Below, piece by piece: positions 57,893-64,000 of a stretch of 64,000 nt of DNA. Location: positions 864,001 to 928,000 of the forward strand of contig NZ_JAQNDL010000001.1 in NCBI RefSeq assembly GCF_028368995.1, written 5' to 3'. Below the pieces are notes generated by a model. It worked only from the letters and a program-made list of their open reading frames with translations, was not told the origin of the DNA and ran no database searches. How positions within the stretch are numbered: the first letter of the stretch is position 1; each line of letters starts with the position of its first letter. The stretch is from Nannocystis bainbridge. GTDB lineage: Bacteria > Myxococcota_A > Polyangia > Nannocystales > Nannocystaceae. The translations under genes were made by a program, and so were the position numbers.

Positions 57893-58073
57893 CGCTGTCT
57901 CGCTGCAAGATTGCATAGACTCGGCGGCTCAGCTCGCGCATCAGAGCGATCCGCTGGGCAGGCGTCATGTCCCGGTAAGCGTCGTGCGTATCGGGAAACG
58001 CACCCGAGTCGGCGACGCGACCACCGATGAGCCGGGACGATGGGACCTGCTTCTTCAGCACTGAACGCAACAT
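57837..58073 (-). CDS. Small helical protein overlapping the nucleotidyltransferase start (putative partner)
   Basis: YRDMTPAQRIALMRELSRRVY; start ATG 58073 inferred. Confidence 0.5.
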   Translation of the reverse strand: MLRSVLKKQVPSSRLIGGRVADSGAFPDTHDAYRDMTPAQRIALMRELSRRVYAILQRDSDGRERHSRLPDRLVGGRR

Positions 58074-58444
58074 AACCGGCACTGACGCAGGCCGCCAGCG
58101 CGGGCAGAACGCCGCGCGCCGTTTCGCCCTGCTCCTCGCGCAATAGCCCTGTAACTCGGGGGCGACGCCAAAGTCGCCGGCGCGCTCGACCCTGTCTCGC
58201 TCGGCGCTCTCGACATGAACAAACGAACACTCGCGCAGGTGGCGCGCTAGCGGCCGTAGGGGCATCGGGCGCAGCGGGCCGCCACCGAGCCGTCGGTCGC
58301 GGTGATGACCGATCGCTACAAGCACAAGCCGCTGCCTGTCGTGCGCGCGACCCACCTCAATATCGTGAACGCCGAGCGCCTCGTGTTCGCTGGCCCTCCG
58401 CTGGCGGAGCGCCGCCCGAGCAGGACGCGACAGCCGGCGCCAGA

Positions 58445-58490
58445 TATGTCCATGAGGACATGTCGCTAAAAACATGTCGAAAAAGACAGA
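58445..58490. repeat. 14-bp unit array
   Basis: Cores at 58445, 58459, 58473, 58487; perfect units at 58447 and 58475. Confidence 0.85.
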
Positions 58491-58492
58491 CG

Positions 58493-58527
58493 AAAAGGCC
58501 CGTCGGCTGTCTCCCGCCGGCGGGCCT
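58493..58527 (-). terminator. Intrinsic terminator-like hairpin for the 58628 gene
   Basis: AGGCCCGTCGGC / GCCGGCGGGCCT stem followed by TTTT on the minus strand. Confidence 0.65.
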
Positions 58528-58627
58528 GTCGCCTCTTACTTTTGATTGATGCGCTCGCTACGCCCTGCTCCCTCGTCTGTCCGCTTACCCACGGACACCG
58601 AGGGCTGCAAGGTCTTGCTACGCGGCA

Positions 58628-59593
58628 TCACTGCGGGATGCCGCAGACGCCGACATTCTCGAAGCCTGGAGGGGCCTGACCCATCTCGTACCACGCCAGG
58701 CACTCGGCGTTTTGGCCGGTGCACACGCCGGCCTCGGTCATGTCACAGAACGCGATGCAGCAGCCGATCGCCATCGGGTCGCACTCGGCCGCGATCTCCG
58801 GGTTGGCGCACGTGAAGCCCTTGTCGCACGCGTTGATGTACTCGCACGCGTCGAACTCCTGGCCCTCTTCGCCCGAGGCGTCGAGCACACACAGGAACGC
58901 GTCCGGGTTCTGCGGGTTGGGGATGCACAGGTTGTTGCCCGGGCAGTCCTGCAGCAGCGGATCGCACGACGGCAGGCACAGCGTCAGCACGCCGTCGTTG
59001 GAGATCAGGCACGAGGTCATCGGCTGGGCGCAGTCGGGCGCGTCGGGCGAGCCGACGCAGAGGGCCACGCACGTCCCGACGCCTTCGGTGACGTCCCAGC
59101 ACATGTTGCCCTTGTCGCAGTTGTCGATGCCGCTGACGCCGCTGCCCTCGACGGTGCACGGGTCGCCGACCTGGCCGGCGTTCTCCATCACCGGCGTGCA
59201 CTTGAGCGACTCCCACGCGTTGTCGCCGTCACCCGAGTACGGCATGCACTTCTGTCCTTCGGGACAGTCCTGCGTCCACTGATCGCACTCCTTGGCCCCG
59301 CCGCCGCCGTCGGGCGGGGTGATGAACGAGCCGTCGGTGGTGCTCTCGCCTTCGGTGGTCTCGGTCGGATCGCCCGGCGTCGTCGTCGAAGTCGGGTTCG
59401 TCGTGGTCCCGCCGGGCCCGCCCGTCGAGGTGTTGCCCTCGGACCCGCCCGAGCTCGTCTCGTCGTCGGTGGTGTTGTTGTTGTTGGTGGTCGGGGTGTT
59501 CGTCGCGTTGCCCTTGCCGCCGTCGTCGCCGCACGCCGACAGGAGCACACTCACGAGCGCACACGGTATCCATCGCATCGTCATCACTGGCAT
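58628..59593 (-). CDS. Cys-rich lipoprotein with Thr/Asn stalk, paralog of 46094-47152
   Basis: GGAGG upstream of ATG 59593; LSAC lipobox; shared QDCPEGQKC, CTVEGS..SG.D.C, CDPL, EF..CE..NACD.G, ENVGVC. Confidence 0.85.
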   Translation of the reverse strand: MPVMTMRWIPCALVSVLLSACGDDGGKGNATNTPTTNNNNTTDDETSSGGSEGNTSTGGPGGTTTNPTSTTTPGDPTETTEGESTTDGSFITPPDGGGGAKECDQWTQDCPEGQKCMPYSGDGDNAWESLKCTPVMENAGQVGDPCTVEGSGVSGIDNCDKGNMCWDVTEGVGTCVALCVGSPDAPDCAQPMTSCLISNDGVLTLCLPSCDPLLQDCPGNNLCIPNPQNPDAFLCVLDASGEEGQEFDACEYINACDKGFTCANPEIAAECDPMAIGCCIAFCDMTEAGVCTGQNAECLAWYEMGQAPPGFENVGVCGIPQ

Positions 59594-60237
59594 CTCTTCC
59601 CCTCCGGGAGGGGCGCCCTCGAGCGAGCCCCATCCATTCCCCGAGGATGCCATAACCGCCAAAGCCGCTGCAACAGTCGAGTGGTTTTTCTCTCGTCTTC
59701 TTTCATGAAGACCGTGAAACATTCGACCCATTCTGTCGAGAACGTCATTCCGTGGCCTCAGGCTGCGTTGCGGTCTCTCGCCGCAGAGGATCACGCAGCC
59801 CGGGTTACCGGCGCGATTTCGACCCGTCCGCATCGGCGACCTGGGCCCATGACCCCGCGAGAGACGCACCCCCGCGCTCGCCGAGTCCGAGTCATTGGCA
59901 GCCCCGTCCAGCCGATCGTTGCAGCGATCGTCGCAACGAGGTCTCGCCGATCGCCGCGACGCGAACGCGTCGTGCTCGCGGCACCGCGAGCACGAGACGT
60001 CCTGCGTGGCCACGACGGCGCGACAGCTCGCCGCGCTGCAACATCGCCATGAATGTGCCAGCGCGGCCGCTCGCGCGTCCCCTTGCTTCGGCCCCGCGAC
60101 GACCGAGCTCCGCCCTCGAGCGGCGCACGCGACCCGCGGCCGCGACACGAACCACCGCCGCTGCCGCCCGATTCCCGCGGTCGCCATGACTTCGCCGCCG
60201 TTGACACGCGGCCGCGGACGCGCAAGAACCGGCGCGC

Positions 60238-61041
60238 ATGCGGAAAGCCCGGCGATGCGGCGCGCTCGTGTTGGCAGGCCTCCTCGCCCTGCCGGCGCCG
60301 GCGCGCGCGGCCGACCTGCGGCCCGTCGAAGCCCCGGTCGAGGTCCCGGTGCCGGAGCGGCCCGACGCGCAGCCTGGCGCGAAGGACAGGCCCCTGAGCG
60401 CGGTGCCGGTGCCGGATCAACCTGTCTCTTCGGACATGTCTCCGAGCACAGGTCCCGAAGCACAGGTCCCCGAGGCCAGGGTCGAAGGGCCAGCTCCGCC
60501 GCCGCCGCCGTCGCTGGCCCCCGGGGCCGGGCTCGGCGAGCCCGAAGACGCGATCACCGTGGCGGTCGGGCTCGGCCCGACAGCGCCGGGGACGAAGCCC
60601 GAGGTCGCCCTGGTCGACGCGCTGGAGCGCGCCGTGCGGTCGTCCGCGGCCCCCAGGACCACGGTCCGCCGGCTGCGCGCCGGGGTCGGCGAAGGCAAGC
60701 TCGTGTGCCGCGAGCGCCGCGACGATCTGGTGATCCTCGTCGAGTACCTCGCCGATCGCCCCGACCCGGTGCTGCTGCCGCACGACTGCCGGCTCGACCG
60801 CGCCCTGGGCGTGCGCGGGGCCGACGCCGCCAATCACCCGGAGCTGGTGGCGACGCTGTGGGGCGAGCACGAGGCGCTGGTCCGCGACGGGGCGAAGGAG
60901 CGGCGGCGGACCCGGTTGGGTCCGAAGGTGAGGACGGGTCTCATCGCCGGCGGGGCGATCCTGGCCGTCGGCCTGGCGATCGGTCTCGTGGTCGCGGCCA
61001 GCTTGCGCCGTGAGATCGTCGTGCTCACAGTCAGTCCATGA
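60238..61041 (+). CDS. Secreted/membrane-anchored hypothetical protein
   Basis: Signal peptide ..ARA|AD, Pro-rich linker, C-terminal TM segment; stop overlaps the next ATG. Confidence 0.7.
   Translation: MRKARRCGALVLAGLLALPAPARAADLRPVEAPVEVPVPERPDAQPGAKDRPLSAVPVPDQPVSSDMSPSTGPEAQVPEARVEGPAPPPPPSLAPGAGLGEPEDAITVAVGLGPTAPGTKPEVALVDALERAVRSSAAPRTTVRRLRAGVGEGKLVCRERRDDLVILVEYLADRPDPVLLPHDCRLDRALGVRGADAANHPELVATLWGEHEALVRDGAKERRRTRLGPKVRTGLIAGGAILAVGLAIGLVVAASLRREIVVLTVSP
60421..60494. repeat. 14-bp unit array inside a CDS linker
   Basis: Cores at 60421, 60435, 60449, 60463, 60477, 60491; perfect unit at 60423. Confidence 0.85.
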
Positions 61042-62006
61042 CCCGTCCCTGGCGCGCGGCGCTCGGCCTCTTTCTCGCGGCGTTGTTGTTCCTGTTCGTG
61101 GCGCCGCAGGCCGCCCGCGCCGACGTGAGCCGCCCGGTCGGGTGGTCGCTGGCGAGCGCGACGTCGCAGGTGCACGTCGGCCGCGTGACGCTGCGCTACG
61201 ACCCGCGCCTGCAGGACGAGGCGCTGGCGGTGGCCCGCGAGATCCCGCGAGCCTGGTCGGAGATCGAGCACGCGCTGGCCGGCGATCTCGAGGACGCCTT
61301 GACGATCCACTTCGTCGCCCACTCGGGCCGCATCGCCGAAGGCACCGGCATGCCGCAGTGGGCCGCCGGCGTCGCCCACCCGCCGACCGGCGAGATCGCG
61401 ATCGCGGCCCACGCCCCCGACGGCTCGCTGACCGACCTCGACGGCCTGCTGCGCCACGAGATGGCCCACGTCGCGCTGTTCCGGGCCACCGGCGGCGAGC
61501 CGCTGCCGCGGTGGTTCCACGAGGGCGTGGCCGAGAGCTTCGGCGAAGAGATCGATCTGATGCGCAGCCAGACGCTGGCCGGGGCGATCTTCGGCGCCGG
61601 CGTGCCGCGCCTCGAGCAGCTCGAGCAGAACTTCCGCAGCACCGACGCGATCACGGCCACGGTCAGCTACGCGGCCGCGCGAGACTTCGTCAACTTCCTC
61701 CGCTGGCACGACGAGAACGGCTCCGACATGCGGCAGGCGCTGGCGCAGATCAAGCAGGGCAAGGGCTTCGAGGCCGCGTTCCAGAGCGGCTTCGGTCGCT
61801 CGCTCGCCGAGCTCGACACCGACTGGCGCGGCGGCCTCACCGGTCGCTTCATGTGGTTCCCGATCGTCAGCGGCGACGGCCTGCCGATGGCGCTCGCGTT
61901 CCCGCTGGTGTTCGTCGCCGCGATCCGCCGCCGCCGCCACGTGCGTGAGGGCTGGGCCCGCCTCGAGGCCGAAGACGCCGCGCTGCGTGCGCCGGTCGCG
62001 GCCTGA
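61038..62006 (+). CDS. Peptidase MA-like zinc metallohydrolase with C-terminal TM segment
   Basis: LRHEMAH (HExxH), PRWFHEGVAE, downstream Tyr (SYAAA). Confidence 0.88.
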   Translation: MTRPWRAALGLFLAALLFLFVAPQAARADVSRPVGWSLASATSQVHVGRVTLRYDPRLQDEALAVAREIPRAWSEIEHALAGDLEDALTIHFVAHSGRIAEGTGMPQWAAGVAHPPTGEIAIAAHAPDGSLTDLDGLLRHEMAHVALFRATGGEPLPRWFHEGVAESFGEEIDLMRSQTLAGAIFGAGVPRLEQLEQNFRSTDAITATVSYAAARDFVNFLRWHDENGSDMRQALAQIKQGKGFEAAFQSGFGRSLAELDTDWRGGLTGRFMWFPIVSGDGLPMALAFPLVFVAAIRRRRHVREGWARLEAEDAALRAPVAA

Positions 62007-62021
62007 TCGTCACCTGTCGCA

Positions 62022-62039
62022 CCTGTCGCAGAGGACAGG
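62022..62039. repeat. Perfect TGTC-N6-GACA unit upstream of rsmD
   Basis: TGTCGCAGAGGACA at 62024. Confidence 0.7.
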
Positions 62040-62089
62040 TCATCCATGAGCCCTGGGCGCGCGCCGCGACGTGCGGTATATGCCCGGGC

Positions 62090-62704
62090 GTGCAGCGGAT
62101 CAGCGGAGGGAGCCTGCGCGGGCGGGTGTTGAAGTCGCTGCCGACTGTGCCCGGCTTGCGCCCGACCGGCGCGCGCGTGCGTGAGGCGATCTTCGACCGC
62201 CTGCAGCACGAATTGCGCGACGCAGTGGTGCTCGACCTGTTCGCCGGCTCGGGCGCGCTCGCCTTCGAGGCGCTGTCTCGCGGCGCCGCGCGGGCCACCC
62301 TCGTCGAGCGCAATCCTGCGGTCGCGCGCCACCTGCAGGCTCAGATCCGTGAGCTTGCGCTCGACGAGCGCGCGCGGCTGTGGCAAGGCGACGCGACGAC
62401 GTTCTTGCGCCGACATTCGCCGAGCGCGGCCGAGCTCGCGGGTCCTTACGACCTCGTGTTCGTCGACCCGCCGTACGACGACACCGAGGTCGTGCTCGCG
62501 GCGGTGCTGCCCGCGCTGGTCGCCGGTGGTTGGCTGGCTGAAAGCGCCGCGCTTGTATGCGAATATGACCGCGCTGGAGGCCGCAGGCCGCCCGCATGGC
62601 CGCAGGGGCTGGTCGTCGAGACGACCCGGCACTACGGCCAGACGGCGGTCGAGTTCCTCCGTCATACTAAGACGACGACCACGGGGGCCCCACAGCTGTG
62701 CTAA
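62090..62704 (+). CDS. rsmD: 16S rRNA (guanine966-N2)-methyltransferase RsmD
   Basis: RISGGSLRGR, RPT..RVREAIF, LDLFAGSGALAFEALSRGA, DLVFVDPPY, RHYGQT. Confidence 0.93.
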   Translation: MQRISGGSLRGRVLKSLPTVPGLRPTGARVREAIFDRLQHELRDAVVLDLFAGSGALAFEALSRGAARATLVERNPAVARHLQAQIRELALDERARLWQGDATTFLRRHSPSAAELAGPYDLVFVDPPYDDTEVVLAAVLPALVAGGWLAESAALVCEYDRAGGRRPPAWPQGLVVETTRHYGQTAVEFLRHTKTTTTGAPQLC

Positions 62705-63924
62705 GGCGCGAACTTGAGACCAATGCACGAGCCCAGGTGCTGAGCGAGTCGCCGACGTTGGCGATGTCGGCCCGCGCCAAGGAGCTCAAGGCCCAGGGCA
62801 AAGAGGTCCTCGACTTCAGCGCCGGTGAGCCCGACTTCCACCCGCCTGCCGGCGTCACCACGGCCGTCATCGAGTACCTGCGTACGCACCCGGTGCACTA
62901 CGCCCCGGTGCCTGGCCTGCCCGCCCTGCGCGACGCCGCAGCGGCCGAGTTCGCGCGCTACCACGGCCGCGACGTCGCCCGCAACGAGATCTTGGTGTCG
63001 TGCGGCGCCAAGCACAGCCTCGCCAACCTGTTCATGATCACGCTGTCGCCCGGCGACGAGGTCGTGATCCCCGCGCCGTACTGGGTCTCGTACGCCGACA
63101 TGGTGCGCCTCGGCGACGGCGTGCCGGTGATCGTGCCCACCAGCCGCGACGACGGCTGGCGCCTGCAGCCCGAGGCGCTCGCGGCGGCGCTGACCCCGAA
63201 GACGCGCTTCATCGTGCTCGGCAACCCGACCAACCCGACCGGCGCCGGCTACCCCGCGCCGCTGCTGCGGGCCCTCGGCGAGGTCATGGCGCGGGTCGCT
63301 CCGCGCTGCTGGTTGCTCGTCGACGACATCTACCGCCGCCTCGTGTACGGCGGCTTCGAGCACGTCAGCGCGGTCCGGACCCTCGCCGACGTCACCGAGC
63401 AGATCGTCCTCGTCGACGGCGTGTCCAAGAGCTACTCGATGACGGGCTACCGGATCGGCTTCATGCTGGCCCCGAGCAAGGTGGTGTCCGCGGCCTCGCG
63501 CCTGCAAGGCCACGTCACCTCCGGCGCGGCCACGGTGTCGCAGATCGCCGCCCTCGCCGCGATCACCGACCCGAGCTGCGAGGCCGCCGTGCAGGAGATG
63601 CACGCCGCCTTCACCCGCCGCCGCGAGTTCATGCTCGCCGGCCTCAAGGCCCTGCCCGGCCTCGACATCGTCGCCCCCGACGGCGCCTTCTACCTGTTCT
63701 GCGACGTCTCGCGCCACCTCGGCCCCGGCACCGCGTTCGCCGACGACATTGCCTTTGCGACATGGCTCTTGGAGCAGAAGCTGGTCGCCACCGTGCCGGG
63801 CACCGCGTTCGGCGCTCCGGGCCACCTGCGCGTGTCGTACGCCGCCGCCGAGCGGACCCTGCGCGACGGCCTGGAGCGGTTCGGCCAGGCCTTCGCCGAT
63901 CTTCCGCCGCCGCGCGCCGGCTGA
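62698..63924 (+). CDS. PLP-dependent class I aminotransferase (aspartate aminotransferase-like)
   Basis: SPTLAM, AGEPDF, GAK, PAPYWVSY, NPTNPTG, DDIY, SKSYSMTGYRIG, PDGAFY, PGTAFG, LRVSYA. Confidence 0.93.
   Translation: MLRRELETNARAQVLSESPTLAMSARAKELKAQGKEVLDFSAGEPDFHPPAGVTTAVIEYLRTHPVHYAPVPGLPALRDAAAAEFARYHGRDVARNEILVSCGAKHSLANLFMITLSPGDEVVIPAPYWVSYADMVRLGDGVPVIVPTSRDDGWRLQPEALAAALTPKTRFIVLGNPTNPTGAGYPAPLLRALGEVMARVAPRCWLLVDDIYRRLVYGGFEHVSAVRTLADVTEQIVLVDGVSKSYSMTGYRIGFMLAPSKVVSAASRLQGHVTSGAATVSQIAALAAITDPSCEAAVQEMHAAFTRRREFMLAGLKALPGLDIVAPDGAFYLFCDVSRHLGPGTAFADDIAFATWLLEQKLVATVPGTAFGAPGHLRVSYAAAERTLRDGLERFGQAFADLPPPRAG
63747..63778. repeat. Degenerate 14-bp unit array inside the aminotransferase CDS
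   Basis: Cores at 63747, 63761, 63775, coinciding with rare AT-ending codons (ATT, TTT, ACA). Confidence 0.5.
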
Positions 63925-63935
63925 CCGGCGCACTG

Positions 63936-63953
63936 CCTGTCTCTCGGGGCAGG
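63936..63953. repeat. Near-perfect 14-bp unit after the aminotransferase stop
   Basis: CCTGTCTCTCGGGGCAGG; another unit starts at 63989 and runs off the window. Confidence 0.6.
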
Positions 63954-64000
63954 TCTTCGCTCCGCGCCGCTGCGCGCTCCTATACGCCTGTCCTTCGGGC

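Noticed and set aside
59594-60463. Long N-terminal extension of the 58628 ORF in the track
   Set aside because: No coding signature; the Shine-Dalgarno sequence and signal peptide point to a start near 59593.

Overview
Very GC-rich DNA with a gene content typical of a myxobacterium, probably Nannocystis-like (inferred from gene families only). About 45 genes: many lipoproteins with Thr/Ser-rich stalks and Cys-rich domains, two membrane Ser/Thr kinases, and housekeeping or metabolic genes (MurE-like ligase, NlpC/P60 peptidase, serine dehydratase, DAHP synthase, RsmD, class I aminotransferase). A decayed accessory patch lies at about 53-58.5 kb. I found no rRNA, tRNA, CRISPR array or transposase. 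Main points of interest: (1) A dispersed 14-bp palindrome, TGTC-N6-GACA. I counted 33 perfect copies by eye, plus many degenerate ones. It forms head-to-tail arrays with an almost exact 14-bp period, marks 8 of 9 convergent gene junctions, and is also written into coding sequences in different reading frames. (2) A PlpX-like radical SAM 'splicease' next to a zinc-ribbon-leader Cys-rich lipoprotein carrying a single FYG motif. A paralog in the same window lacks both the leader and the YG. (3) A rhodanese / cysteine desulfurase / persulfide dioxygenase triple fusion downstream of a tetraheme cytochrome c. (4) An orphan TssB/TssC-like sheath fusion. All product calls come from motif recognition by eye; no database searches were run.
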